A stretch of DNA of 64,000 nt from contig CACEHH010000001.1 of NCBI GenBank assembly GCA_902559345.1, positions 34,730 through 98,729 on the forward strand, in the 5' to 3' direction. Shown in pieces: positions 9,973 to 19,674 of the stretch. Both the position numbers and the translations under genes were made by a program. Position 1 is the stretch's first letter. The number at the start of each line of letters is the position of its first letter. The DNA is from an uncultured SAR86 cluster bacterium. Its GTDB lineage: Bacteria > Pseudomonadota > Gammaproteobacteria > Magnimaribacterales > D2472. The notes under the pieces are model-generated. The model did no database searches and was not told the DNA's origin. It was given only the letters and a program-made list of their open reading frames with translations.

Positions 9973-10242
9973 TTACCCTATTTCTTCGTCTTCTTTTTTG
10001 CTTGGTGCAAATTCAGCTTCCATTAAAACATCTGCTTTTAACATTTCTTCAAGAGCTGCTTCATCTAATAAACCTTCTTCAATTTCTCTTAGAGCTACTA
10101 ATGTCGGTTTATCGTTATCCCATTCAACTAAAGGATCTCTGCTTGTTGTTGAAAGCTGTCTAGCTCTTTTTGAAGCCATTAGAATTAAATCAAATCTACT
10201 TGGTATCTTTTCTAAACAATCTTCTACTGTAATTCTAGCCAT
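9973..10242 (-). CDS. rpoZ: DNA-directed RNA polymerase subunit omega
   Basis: It has [30 protein letters not shown]. Confidence 0.95.
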   Translation of the reverse strand: MARITVEDCLEKIPSRFDLILMASKRARQLSTTSRDPLVEWDNDKPTLVALREIEEGLLDEAALEEMLKADVLMEAEFAPSKKEDEEIG

Positions 10243-10285
10243 TTAATATTCTCCTGGGTGAACCATTCTAATTCTAAATATGTTA

Positions 10286-10903
10286 TTAATCCAATAAATC
10301 TTTTAATAAATTAAGGTTTATTTGTTTATTGCTTTCATATGTCTTGTCAAATATTATTGATTTTAATTCACTCAACACCTTATTAAACTCATCATTTAAA
10401 ACAATATAATCATATAATTTCGCATATTTGAGTTCAGTTTTTGCATTCATTAATCTTTTTTCAATAACCTCATTTGAATCAAGCCCTCTTAACTTAAGTC
10501 TTTTTTCTAACTCAGCTAGAGAGGGAGGAATTATAAATATTGAAATGCTGTTTTTAATAGAATCTTTAATTAAATCAAAGCCTTGAACATCTATATCCAA
10601 TATTACATCTATACCACTTATAGTTTTTTCATCTACAAATGATTTTAGAGTCCCATATTGATGGCCATAAACATTTGCATGCTCCACAAAAGAATCTTTC
10701 TTCTTTAAATCATCAAATTCTCTATCTGAAATAAAAAAATAATCTTTACCATGCACCTCGCCATCTCTAGGCAATCTTGTTGTTGCAGAAACAGAAAGTT
10801 GAATAGCTCCAGAACTTTGCGAAATAATTTCTTTGATTAAAGAAGATTTTCCAGCTCCTGATGGGGCGGAAAATACAATTAATTTACCTATTTTATTCGA
10901 CAT
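10286..10903 (-). CDS. gmk: Guanylate kinase
   Basis: It has the P-loop SAPSGAGKSS and TTR-PR-GE-G-DYFF. Confidence 0.93.
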   Translation of the reverse strand: MSNKIGKLIVFSAPSGAGKSSLIKEIISQSSGAIQLSVSATTRLPRDGEVHGKDYFFISDREFDDLKKKDSFVEHANVYGHQYGTLKSFVDEKTISGIDVILDIDVQGFDLIKDSIKNSISIFIIPPSLAELEKRLKLRGLDSNEVIEKRLMNAKTELKYAKLYDYIVLNDEFNKVLSELKSIIFDKTYESNKQINLNLLKDLLD

Positions 10904-11741
10904 TTTGAGTTTGCTCTCTCATTTCTTCAATTAATAATTTAATATCAAGAGCATGATTTTTTAAATATGGGTCATCGAGCTTTACTGATAAAGTATTTGC
11001 CTCCCTAAACAGCTCTTGTAGAACGAAATCAATTTTCTTTCCACTGCAAATTTTCTTTACAAGTTCATTATTTAATGAATCTGTATGAAAGGATATTCTA
11101 TCTATTTCCTCATTGACATCATGCTTCAATGCTAAAAGTGCGACTTCTTGCTCAATTCGGCTTTCATCAATACTAGATGTAATTTGCATTATCTTTTCTT
11201 TATATAGCTTTGCTCTTTTCTTAAAGTTTTTATTATTTAAGTTATTCACCTTTGATATTAATGACTCAATTTGTTTTACTTTTTTTAATAAAACTTTTTT
11301 TATCTTGATTCCTTCTTCGTTTCTAGAGCTAATAAACTCATCCATCGCTGCATTAAAAACCTTCTTTATTAAACTATTATTAACTTTTTGTACTATTTCT
11401 GAGTTAAAGATGCCTGGTACATCTTTAATATCTCTAAATTGTAAATTATCAGATAATTTAATATCTTTTCTTATAGACTTTTCAAATTTCTTCAAAAGAT
11501 TTGAATCTATTGAATAAGATATTTTAGATTCAGCTTTGAATTTAACTCTAATATCGACCCTGCCTCTAACTATCTTCTTTGAGACTAAATTTCTGATGTA
11601 TTCCTCAAGATCGTTGGTAAGATCATTCGGTTTGATAGATATATCTAGAAACTTATGATTTACTCCTTTAATTTCAACATAAACTTCTGATTCTTTACCA
11701 ATAGACCTCGATAGCCCAAAACCTGTCATGCTTTTAATCAT
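10893..11741 (-). CDS. yicC: YicC-family stress-induced protein
   Basis: It has the MTGFG N-terminus and the C-terminal REANTL and EEMREQ-QNVE motifs. Confidence 0.88.
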   Translation of the reverse strand: MIKSMTGFGLSRSIGKESEVYVEIKGVNHKFLDISIKPNDLTNDLEEYIRNLVSKKIVRGRVDIRVKFKAESKISYSIDSNLLKKFEKSIRKDIKLSDNLQFRDIKDVPGIFNSEIVQKVNNSLIKKVFNAAMDEFISSRNEEGIKIKKVLLKKVKQIESLISKVNNLNNKNFKKRAKLYKEKIMQITSSIDESRIEQEVALLALKHDVNEEIDRISFHTDSLNNELVKKICSGKKIDFVLQELFREANTLSVKLDDPYLKNHALDIKLLIEEMREQTQNVE

Positions 11742-11782
11742 ATATTTATTGTATTTTGCAATAGGTCTAAGTTCTAGTCATA

Positions 11783-12430
11783 TCAGCTAAAAATAAAACC
11801 AGCTTTCTTTAATTTTTTATTAGAAATGCTTACAGACTTATCTTCAGAACAATTAAATATCTCGGGAGAGGAATAATTAAAATCATTTTCAATAAAAAAT
11901 CTAATAATCTTTGCTGCGTTATCTCTATGGAGATGATTTTCAGGTTTTTTATTAGTTAAAGAATCATATAAGCCAGAGAATCTTAGAATTATTAATTTTT
12001 TAGCATACCTTTCTTTTTGACTATTCTCATACTGAAGGATAATCTTTCCTCTAAATTCATTTGGAATTGATTCATGTTCTGAAAGATATTTCTTTTCTTT
12101 TTCTCCATATACTCTGGTAGAAGATATTGTTATAAATCTGTTATATGAAACTTCTTTAGTAAGATTGAAGATATTTTTTGACGATTTGATAAAGCCATCT
12201 ATATATCCATCTTCATTAAAAGAACTAGGTTTAGGTATAAAAACTATACATTCATAGTCTACGGATTCTAACTTTGGAAGATCTTCAGACAACCAATCCC
12301 ATGATATAAAGTTTTCAATGTTGTTGTGATTATTTCTTGATACTCCATATATCTTATAATCATCATTATTTAATTTACTAGAAAGTCTGTTTGCGATATC
12401 TCCATAGCCGATTATTAAAATTTTTTTCAT
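11783..12430 (-). CDS. NAD-binding Rossmann-fold protein (atypical SDR/epimerase-like)
   Basis: 215 aa with the KILIIGYGDIANRL N-terminal dinucleotide fold. The specific function is not recognisable. Confidence 0.5.
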   Translation of the reverse strand: MKKILIIGYGDIANRLSSKLNNDDYKIYGVSRNNHNNIENFISWDWLSEDLPKLESVDYECIVFIPKPSSFNEDGYIDGFIKSSKNIFNLTKEVSYNRFITISSTRVYGEKEKKYLSEHESIPNEFRGKIILQYENSQKERYAKKLIILRFSGLYDSLTNKKPENHLHRDNAAKIIRFFIENDFNYSSPEIFNCSEDKSVSISNKKLKKAGFIFS

Positions 12431-12449
12431 AATTAACTTTTATTTAGTC

Positions 12450-12479
12450 AAAAAAAATCCAGGGATGCAACCCTGGATT
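12450..12479 (-). terminator. Rho-independent terminator after the pyrophosphatase gene
   Basis: On the minus strand: 9-bp stem AAUCCAGGG/CCCUGGAUU, 6-nt loop, then a U6 run. This is the only clean G/C-containing hairpin plus U-tract I found in the window. Confidence 0.65.
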
Positions 12480-12499
12480 CTTAATTTTCAATATTTTGA

Positions 12500-14488
12500 T
12501 TAAATATTTAAAAGCGGTGCAATAACTAAACTAACTATAGCCATTACATTTATAAGGATATTCATTGATGGTCCTGAGGTATCCTTAAATGGATCTCCTA
12601 CAGTATCACCTACCACTGCAGCAGAATGTGTGTCTGAACCTTTGCCACCCAGATTTCCTTTTTCAACATATTTCTTAGCATTATCCCAAGCACCTCCAGC
12701 ATTTGCCATCATTAGTGCTAGCGAAACACAACCTAACAATCCACCAGCAAGCATTCCGCCTAAAGCCTGAGCTCCGAGTCCAAAACCAACAATTGCTGGC
12801 ATTGATACAGCAATTACACCAGGTAACATCATTTTCTTAAGGGCAGCTTTTGTTGCAATTTCAACGCATTTTTCAGAATCAGGTTCTGCTGTGCCTTCCA
12901 TTAATCCTGGGATCTCTTTAAATTGTCTTCGTATTTCATTAATCATTTCAAAAGCTGCATCACCAACTGCTGTCATAGTAATTGATGAAACTAAGAAAGG
13001 TATACAGACTCCTATAAACATTCCAACTAAAACAATTGGTTCTGTAAGAGCTAATGAAAATTCAGGATATTTTTGCCCAACCACAGCTGAAAATGCTGAA
13101 ATTATTGCTAGAGCAGCCAATGCTGCAGCCCCAATTGCAAAGCCTTTTCCAATTGCAGCAGTAGTATTCCCTAGCTCATCTAGAGAATCAGTAATTTCTC
13201 TTACTTCTTCACCCATGCCAGACATTTCAGCAATACCACCAGCATTATCTGCAACTGGTCCATATGCATCTATAGCCATTGTTATTCCAACAGTAGCTAG
13301 CATGCCTACTGCAGCAATCCCAACACCATAAATATCTGCTAATTTAGTTGATACAAGAATTATTCCAGCCAGAATAACAATAGGTATTACAACCGATTGC
13401 ATGCCAACTGATAGTCCTGAAATCATAACTGTTGCTGATCCTGTTTCTCCTGATTCAGCAATCTTCTTAACTGGTTTGCCGCCGGTATAATATTCTGTAA
13501 TTAGGCCTATTAGAACTCCTCCAACTGCCCCAGAAATAACACACCACCAAACATTTATATCAACACCCTCAAGCGAATCAACTATAAAATAAGCCATAAC
13601 AACAAATATGACTGGTGCAAGTAAAGTTCCGGATCTGAGAGCGCTAGCTGGCGATTTAGCAGCCTGCATTTTTACAATAAAAATACCTAGAATAGATGCT
13701 ATTAATCCAGCTGATGCTAAGACAAGTGGCAAAATCATCATATCTGTATTTTTCAGGGTATAAGCAATAGCTATAGATGCAATCATAGAGCCACAATATG
13801 ATTCAAATATGTCTGAACCCATCCCAGCAACATCACCAACATTATCACCAACATTATCGGCTATAACACCAGGATTTCTTGGATCATCTTCAGGAATGCC
13901 TGCTTCAATCTTACCAACAAGATCAGCTCCAACATCTGCACTTTTTGTAAAAATTCCTCCGCCTACTCTGGAAAAGAGAGCTACTACTGATGCTCCCATA
14001 GCAAAACCTTCAAGCTTGTGAGGATCAATTTCAGCTGGTATGTAGAAAAAATATAAGCCTCCCAAACCTATTAAGCCCAATGATGCAACACATAGACCCA
14101 TAATAGAGCCGCCGTAAAAAGAAACTGACAATGCGGCAGGTGCTCCATCCTTTTGAGCTGCGGTTGCTGTCCTAACATTTGCCTTAGTTGCAGCGTACAT
14201 ACCTATAAAACCTGCTATTGATGAACATATAGCACCAGCAATAACTGATATTGCTGTATATGGGCCCAATCCTTCAGTCATCCAAACCAATACAACTAAT
14301 ACAACAATAAAAACAAATAAATACTTATATTCTGTTTTCATAAAAGCTAAGGCGCCAGAATGAATCTGATCACCGATTTTCTTTACCTTATCTTCACCAT
14401 CAGGATATTTCATGACAAGCATATAAACTACAAATGCCATAGCCATTCCTAATAGACCTAAAACTGGTGGAATTAAAAAATTATCCAT
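12500..14488 (-). CDS. hppA: Membrane-bound ion-translocating pyrophosphatase (K+-dependent-type signature)
   Basis: 662 aa and polytopic. It has [18 protein letters not shown], and [14 protein letters not shown] (Ala at the position that is Lys in K+-independent enzymes). Confidence 0.92.
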   Translation of the reverse strand: MDNFLIPPVLGLLGMAMAFVVYMLVMKYPDGEDKVKKIGDQIHSGALAFMKTEYKYLFVFIVVLVVLVWMTEGLGPYTAISVIAGAICSSIAGFIGMYAATKANVRTATAAQKDGAPAALSVSFYGGSIMGLCVASLGLIGLGGLYFFYIPAEIDPHKLEGFAMGASVVALFSRVGGGIFTKSADVGADLVGKIEAGIPEDDPRNPGVIADNVGDNVGDVAGMGSDIFESYCGSMIASIAIAYTLKNTDMMILPLVLASAGLIASILGIFIVKMQAAKSPASALRSGTLLAPVIFVVMAYFIVDSLEGVDINVWWCVISGAVGGVLIGLITEYYTGGKPVKKIAESGETGSATVMISGLSVGMQSVVIPIVILAGIILVSTKLADIYGVGIAAVGMLATVGITMAIDAYGPVADNAGGIAEMSGMGEEVREITDSLDELGNTTAAIGKGFAIGAAALAALAIISAFSAVVGQKYPEFSLALTEPIVLVGMFIGVCIPFLVSSITMTAVGDAAFEMINEIRRQFKEIPGLMEGTAEPDSEKCVEIATKAALKKMMLPGVIAVSMPAIVGFGLGAQALGGMLAGGLLGCVSLALMMANAGGAWDNAKKYVEKGNLGGKGSDTHSAAVVGDTVGDPFKDTSGPSMNILINVMAIVSLVIAPLLNI

Positions 14489-14554
14489 ATAAAGACCCCT
14501 TTTTTTTAATAAAGCATTCTAGCAAATTATTTGAAATAAAAGCGTATTTTTTAC

Positions 14555-15811
14555 CTATTTATTAAATAAGTTTTTATCTAGCAAGCCTTCAAAGTTAGCA
14601 ACAACACAAGCAACTGCCGCATCACCAGAAACATTTACAGAAGTCCTTATCATATCTAGAATTCTATCAACAGCTAAGATTAAACCAATAGCATCTAATG
14701 GGAGCCCCAGAGAACTCAAAATCAGAGCTAATGTAATTGTTCCAGCAGAAGGAACAGCAGCTGCCCCTATAGAAGCTACCATTGCAAGCAAAACTATCTG
14801 AATATACTCAATCATAGAGAGATCTACGCCAACAGTACTTGCAATAAACATAGTTGCTAGGCCCTGCATAATAGCAGTTCCATCCATATTTATTGTCGCT
14901 CCAACAGGAATTACAAATGATGAAACATCTTTTTTGACTCCGAGTTCGTCAGTTACTGTTTTAAGCGTTACTGGAATGGTTGCTGCACTCGATGATGTAG
15001 TAAATGCAAATAAAGCGACATTTCTCATCTTATTAAAGAAAATAATTGGATTTAAATTAGCAAATATTTTTAATACTAACGAATATGTAAAAAATAAATG
15101 AAACAGTAAAACAAAAATAAGTATAAGAACATACTGAATTAAATCTCCAAAGATATTTAAGCCATGGTCCATTACATAACTTCCCATCAAGCAAAAAACT
15201 CCAATAGGTGCAAAACTCATTATGATTAGAACTATTTTCATGAAAACAATATTTAATCTTTCGAAATTTTTAGAGAGATTGTCAGTAAGGTTATCAGTAA
15301 GATTTAAAGCAATTCCAAATAAAATACTAATAAAAACAATTCCCAGCATATTATTTTCTACAAAAGCTCCAAAAATATTATTAGGAAAGACCCTTAGCAC
15401 AGTGTCATATAAACTTGCTTCGCCAGGAGGCGCATTAAATGATGCAACTTCACCTTCATAACCAGAAATGTTAAAAACCCATCCAAAAAATATGGCAATC
15501 ATGACAGCAAAAGCTGTAGTTAATAGATAAAGTAAAATTGTTTTTGAAGCTATTGAGCCTAGCTTCACCATATTTGATAAAGAAGATATACCAGAGACTA
15601 AAGAAAAGAAAACAAGGGGTACTACAATTAATAAAAGTAAGTTTTTAAATATCTGGCCACCTAAGTTGAATAAATACTTTTCAATACCAGTAAAAACTGA
15701 TTGAGTGATGAAATCTTGAAAATAAAAGCAAAGTGATCCTATAAAAACACCAGTAAACATTCCTACCAAAACATTTCTAGTAAGGTTTTTCGGAGGATCT
15801 AATTGACTCAT
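14555..15811 (-). CDS. DAACS-family sodium/proton:dicarboxylate or amino-acid symporter
   Basis: 418 aa. It has [16 protein letters not shown] and [16 protein letters not shown] motifs. The substrate cannot be assigned. Confidence 0.85.
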   Translation of the reverse strand: MSQLDPPKNLTRNVLVGMFTGVFIGSLCFYFQDFITQSVFTGIEKYLFNLGGQIFKNLLLLIVVPLVFFSLVSGISSLSNMVKLGSIASKTILLYLLTTAFAVMIAIFFGWVFNISGYEGEVASFNAPPGEASLYDTVLRVFPNNIFGAFVENNMLGIVFISILFGIALNLTDNLTDNLSKNFERLNIVFMKIVLIIMSFAPIGVFCLMGSYVMDHGLNIFGDLIQYVLILIFVLLFHLFFTYSLVLKIFANLNPIIFFNKMRNVALFAFTTSSSAATIPVTLKTVTDELGVKKDVSSFVIPVGATINMDGTAIMQGLATMFIASTVGVDLSMIEYIQIVLLAMVASIGAAAVPSAGTITLALILSSLGLPLDAIGLILAVDRILDMIRTSVNVSGDAAVACVVANFEGLLDKNLFNK

Positions 15812-15981
15812 GTTATTTCTATCATATCAAAATCTTCTTTGCCAACCCCACATTCTGGGCATAACCAATCCTCAGGAACTTCATCCCATGATGTGCCTGG
15901 CTCAATGCCATCCTCTGGCCAACCTAATTCTTCATCGTATATAAGTCCGCAGACAATACATTCCCATTTCTTATATTTCAT
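15808..15981 (-). CDS. Rubredoxin (57 aa, absent from the ORF track)
   Basis: Manual reverse translation gives [57 protein letters not shown]. It has both CxxCG knuckles. Its TGA overlaps the ATG of the transporter (ATGA). Confidence 0.85.
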   Translation of the reverse strand: MKYKKWECIVCGLIYDEELGWPEDGIEPGTSWDEVPEDWLCPECGVGKEDFDMIEIT

Positions 15982-16055
15982 ATAACTTAACTTGAAATTA
16001 ACTTATTTGGTTTAACACAACGAGGCTATAATATCAGATTTAGAAAGTTTAATTA

Positions 16056-16553
16056 ATGAAGCTCAAACAAATATCACCATGGATTTCTAATAAAGCTATG
16101 CAAAATAAGCTTCAAAATAAACTTATAAAATCTTGGTTGTTAGAAGAAGGTCCTATAACTTCAAGAATTAAATCAAATGAAATATTTAAATTAAATTTAT
16201 TAAAAGAACAGATAGAAAAAGTAGAGCAAATAGAAATGGATTTTCTTGGAAAAAATTTAGGACAAATAAAAATAAGGGAAGTAATATTATTCGGTGATGA
16301 AGAGCCTAGGGTATTTGCAAGATCTCTAATCCCAGTAAAGACAATAGACCAAGGCTTATCAAAACTTGGTGAACTTGGCACAAAACCGCTTGGAGATATT
16401 CTTTTTGAAAAAGAAATTTTTAAAAAAATTGATATTGTATTTGCAAAATTTGAAAATTCTAAGAATATCTTTTGGGGCAGGAAAACTAAATACCTAGTAA
16501 AAACATTACCACTTTCCGTTATGGAAGTATTTTTAATAAATTCAAATGAATAA
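16056..16553 (+). CDS. ubiC: Chorismate pyruvate-lyase (probable)
   Basis: 165 aa, immediately upstream of ubiA and overlapping it. Sequence motifs are weak, so the call rests mainly on size and position. Confidence 0.6.
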   Translation: MKLKQISPWISNKAMQNKLQNKLIKSWLLEEGPITSRIKSNEIFKLNLLKEQIEKVEQIEMDFLGKNLGQIKIREVILFGDEEPRVFARSLIPVKTIDQGLSKLGELGTKPLGDILFEKEIFKKIDIVFAKFENSKNIFWGRKTKYLVKTLPLSVMEVFLINSNE

Positions 16554-17397
16554 AAAAATAAATGGGTTTATAGAGCTAGCAAGATTAGATAAACCAATAG
16601 GCATATATCTATTGCTTTGGCCTTCACTATTAGGTCTATTATTAGCTGGTATTGAATCTGGATCTATAGACTATGAAAATTACATGATTGTGATTCTAGG
16701 TTCTGTGCTTGTAAGGTCATGTGGTTGCGTAATAAATGATATTAGTGATTTCAAAATTGATAAACTTGTATCCAGAACAGTTGGCAGACCTCTTGCAACA
16801 GGCTCTATAACAATTTTTGAGGCTTGGATATTTTTTATTATTCTAGGTTTGTTTTCAATTGCTTTGCTTGTGTTTACAAACGCCCTTACATTAAAAATAT
16901 CTCTTATTTTTGCTTTATTAATTACGCTATATCCTTTGACTAAAAGATTCTTCCCTGCACCTCAATTCATTCTTGGGATAACGTTTGGTTCAGGATCGTT
17001 AATAGCATACTCATTGCAATCAGATATTTTTTCATCTTCATTGGTTATTCTTTATTTGGGAATAGTCGCATGGATAATTGGTTTTGATACTCTATATGCT
17101 CTAGAAGACAAGGATGATGATATTAAAATTAACATTAACTCTACTGCTATTTTATGGGGAGATAACGCTATAAAGTATGCTCAAATACTTCATTTGGTCT
17201 TTTTTGCATCATTATTGATAATCGCAGTGCTCAACCAGTTCTCATATTATTTCTTATTTGTTTTTGTTGGACAAATGATTCTTTATTTTTATAAAAAAAG
17301 CCTAATAAGGAAGCTTAAATTTTTGCAAGCCTTTAAAGTAAATAATTGGATTGGGATTATTGCTATAACAGGTTTTCTATTTGAATTTTTAAATTAG
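16546..17397 (+). CDS. ubiA: 4-hydroxybenzoate polyprenyltransferase
   Basis: 283 aa and polytopic. It has the NDISDFKIDK (NDxxDxxxD) motif and a second Asp-rich motif YALEDKDDD. Confidence 0.9.
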   Translation: MNKKINGFIELARLDKPIGIYLLLWPSLLGLLLAGIESGSIDYENYMIVILGSVLVRSCGCVINDISDFKIDKLVSRTVGRPLATGSITIFEAWIFFIILGLFSIALLVFTNALTLKISLIFALLITLYPLTKRFFPAPQFILGITFGSGSLIAYSLQSDIFSSSLVILYLGIVAWIIGFDTLYALEDKDDDIKININSTAILWGDNAIKYAQILHLVFFASLLIIAVLNQFSYYFLFVFVGQMILYFYKKSLIRKLKFLQAFKVNNWIGIIAITGFLFEFLN

Positions 17398-17403
17398 CAT
17401 AAT

Positions 17404-18540
17404 ATGAATCAAAATCTTAGATTCATTGACAACATCTCATCAATTAAAAAATCAGAATTTGATAAATTAGCTCAAGATTTAGGATCTCCATTTTTAAATT
17501 ATGATTTCCTGTCTGCTTTAGAGCTTTCAAAATGCGTGACTTCTGATAATGGTTGGCGCCCTATGCATCTTACTTCAAATGAAGACAAAAAGTTAAATGG
17601 CTTCATGCCGTTATATGTTAAAGAAAATAGCCAAGGAGAATTTGTATTTGATCATTCCTGGTCATATGCGCTTAATAGAGCTGGTCGAAGTTACTACCCC
17701 AAATTATTATCTGCCATTCCTTTCACTCCGTGCGAAACCAAAAAAATCATTGGAGATGGGGTTAATAAGTCTTTTATAAATGAAGTGATTCATTTCATGA
17801 ACGAAAAAAATATTGAAACTTGGCATATTCTTTTTGCTGATAGTAGTCTTGAAAAAGATTTAATAAAAAATAATTTTATAAAAAGAAGTGGTTATAAATT
17901 TATCTGGGAAAATAAGAATTATTTGAATTTTGAAGATTATTTAAATATTTTTAAATCTAGGCAAAGAAAGAATATAAAGAATGAAAGAAAAAAAATATCA
18001 CAGCTTAATATTACATTTGAAATTAAAGAATCTAGAAACTTGAATAAAAATGATTGGGATGATTTCTATATATTTTATAAGAATACTTACCAACAGAGAC
18101 TTCAAGCTCCATACCTCAATAAAGAATTCTTTAGGATCATCCATGAGAAAAGATATTCTGTAAATCCTGTAATATTTTTTGCAATAATTGATAATAAAAG
18201 GGTTGCAGGTTCTTTGTGTTTTAGAGGAAAAGATATTCTCTACGGAAGGCACTGGGGCTCAATTTATAATATAGATTCTCTTCACTTTGAATGCTGTTAC
18301 TATCAAGGAATAGAATATTGTATAAAAAATAAGCTAAGCAGCTTTGATCCTGGAGTGCAGGGCGAGCATAAGCTTAGAAGAGGATTTGAGCCTCAATTAA
18401 CAAGCTCCTATCATTTTATTAAAGAAAAAGATTTCTATGGTGCGATAAGCGATTTTTGCAAAAAGGAAAGGCAGGAAATTAAATCTTATCTTGCTGCTTG
18501 TCAAAGATATACACCTTTTAAGAAAGAATATAAAATTTAG
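17404..18540 (+). CDS. GNAT-fold / FemAB-like family protein (DUF482-like)
   Basis: 378 aa. Length and overall pattern resemble the DUF482 family. Assigned from memory of the family, not from a strict motif. Confidence 0.45.
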   Translation: MNQNLRFIDNISSIKKSEFDKLAQDLGSPFLNYDFLSALELSKCVTSDNGWRPMHLTSNEDKKLNGFMPLYVKENSQGEFVFDHSWSYALNRAGRSYYPKLLSAIPFTPCETKKIIGDGVNKSFINEVIHFMNEKNIETWHILFADSSLEKDLIKNNFIKRSGYKFIWENKNYLNFEDYLNIFKSRQRKNIKNERKKISQLNITFEIKESRNLNKNDWDDFYIFYKNTYQQRLQAPYLNKEFFRIIHEKRYSVNPVIFFAIIDNKRVAGSLCFRGKDILYGRHWGSIYNIDSLHFECCYYQGIEYCIKNKLSSFDPGVQGEHKLRRGFEPQLTSSYHFIKEKDFYGAISDFCKKERQEIKSYLAACQRYTPFKKEYKI

Positions 18541-18542
18541 TA

Positions 18543-18965
18543 ATGCTTAAGGAATTGCCTAAAACAAGTCATCAACTTTCTGTATGCGAAGCAAATTTTT
18601 TGCGCCTTAAAAAAATACTACAAAACTTTACAAAGGATAATTATTATTTTGAAACAATAAATCCGGATTCTTCTTCAAACAAGATATCGATTAGAGTCAT
18701 ACAAAGATCAAAACATACTCTAATAATTGAAGCAAAACAGAATTTTTATTCTAAAATTTTTAGTAGTTTTATTATGAGGTTGCAAGTTTGTATTGATGCA
18801 AGCTTGGCTGAGGTTGTTTCTTACCAAGGTGAAAAGGCAATACCATATTTTATAGGTGGCTCTGAATCACAATCAAAAGATGAAAAACATCAACAAAATA
18901 GATTCTTAACTGAATGGCTGGAAAGTATTTTTATATCCGGGGTGAATCCAAATATTAAGGTTTAA
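18543..18965 (+). CDS. yqiB: DUF1249 protein (YqiB-like)
   Basis: It has CEANFLRLKKIL and DEKHQQNRFLTEWL, matching E. coli YqiB LCEMNF... and DEKHQINQFLADWL. It is followed by yqiA as in E. coli. Confidence 0.7.
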   Translation: MLKELPKTSHQLSVCEANFLRLKKILQNFTKDNYYFETINPDSSSNKISIRVIQRSKHTLIIEAKQNFYSKIFSSFIMRLQVCIDASLAEVVSYQGEKAIPYFIGGSESQSKDEKHQQNRFLTEWLESIFISGVNPNIKV

Positions 18966-19537
18966 TGATTAAAACTATAATTTATTTTCATGGTTTTGCT
19001 TCTTCTTCAGATTCTAATAAAGCAAAAATATTTCAAAAATATATTTCATCTTTAAAAAATAATATTGAATTAATAGTTCCTGATCTAAATAACAATTTTA
19101 AGGAAGCTATTATTCAAATAAAACAAATTATAAAATCAAATCAAAAGCCTATAGCTTTTATGGGGAGCTCTTTAGGTGGGTATTACGCAGCTTATTTTTC
19201 TAGCAAACATAATTCCAAGGCGGTGCTTATAAATCCAGCAATTCCGCCTCTTGAAGGCTTTGATACTTATTTAGGAAAAAATCAGAATTACTCTACAGGA
19301 GAAAATTTTATCTTAAAAAAAGAAGATATTAAGTTTATAAAAGCTCTGTCTTATAAGAAATATAATAATCAAAAAAATACACTTTTGTTATTAGAATCTG
19401 GAGATGAGGTTCTTAATTACATTAAAACACTTTCATATTTTAAAGGATGTCATGCGGATATTATTTTTGGTGGAAGTCATTCATATGAATCTTTAGATAA
19501 TAAACTTGAAAAAATACGATCTTTCCTAGAATTTTAA
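18965..19537 (+). CDS. yqiA: Esterase YqiA (alpha/beta hydrolase)
   Basis: It has IIYFHGFASS, the GSSLGGYYA nucleophile elbow, NPA, and SGDEVLNY. Confidence 0.8.
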   Translation: MIKTIIYFHGFASSSDSNKAKIFQKYISSLKNNIELIVPDLNNNFKEAIIQIKQIIKSNQKPIAFMGSSLGGYYAAYFSSKHNSKAVLINPAIPPLEGFDTYLGKNQNYSTGENFILKKEDIKFIKALSYKKYNNQKNTLLLLESGDEVLNYIKTLSYFKGCHADIIFGGSHSYESLDNKLEKIRSFLEF

Positions 19538-19573
19538 TAAAAATGTTCTAAATATGGGCTAAAAACTTTATTT

Positions 19574-19590
19574 TGCACAAAAATAATGCA
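19574..19590. promoter_or_regulatory. TGCAC-N7-ATGCA dyad, candidate NtrC-type enhancer site upstream of glnII
   Basis: TGCACAAAAATAATGCA resembles the TGCACC-N5-GGTGCA NtrC consensus. A second TGTGCA half-site is at 19608-19613. Confidence 0.3.
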
Positions 19591-19674
19591 TAATAATATC
19601 AATATTTGTGCAAAAATAGTTATTATAAATTGCATATAGATTATTATTATTACTAATTTTTTAAGGAGAAATTA

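Noticed and set aside
12891-14021. Antisense ORFs inside the pyrophosphatase gene (146 aa and 70 aa), and similar antisense ORFs elsewhere (696-1031, 4544-4807, 8559-8801, 9941-10246, 11113-11517, 25896-26252, 26496-26819, 44057-44299, 46390-46608, 47089-47328, 61008-61292 and others)
   Set aside because: Each lies wholly within a strongly supported gene on the other strand. Each has low-complexity Ser/Pro/Ile-rich composition and no recognisable motif. These are typical shadow frames.
15279-15302. In-frame 12-bp tandem duplication (LTDN-LTDN) in the DAACS transporter, and a similar one (IGSN-IGSN) at 28741-28764
   Set aside because: Each has only two copies and lies within coding sequence. 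They look like ordinary slippage duplications, not repeat arrays or CRISPR-like structures.
15803-15985. Listed 60-aa plus-strand ORF between the transporter and ubiC
   Set aside because: It is Ser/Pro/His-rich, has no motif, and lies exactly antisense to a textbook rubredoxin frame (15808-15981, minus strand). I treat it as a shadow ORF.
16012-16019. TTAACACA upstream of ubiC resembling the TAACACAC motif of the tRNA-Phe insert
   Set aside because: It is a single 8-mer occurrence, which is expected by chance in 64 kb of AT-rich sequence.
19538-19674. Sigma-54 (-24 GG / -12 GC) promoter upstream of glnII
   Set aside because: I checked every GC and TTGCA in the spacer. None has GG at the required 10-nt upstream spacing, so no sigma-54 promoter can be supported by eye.
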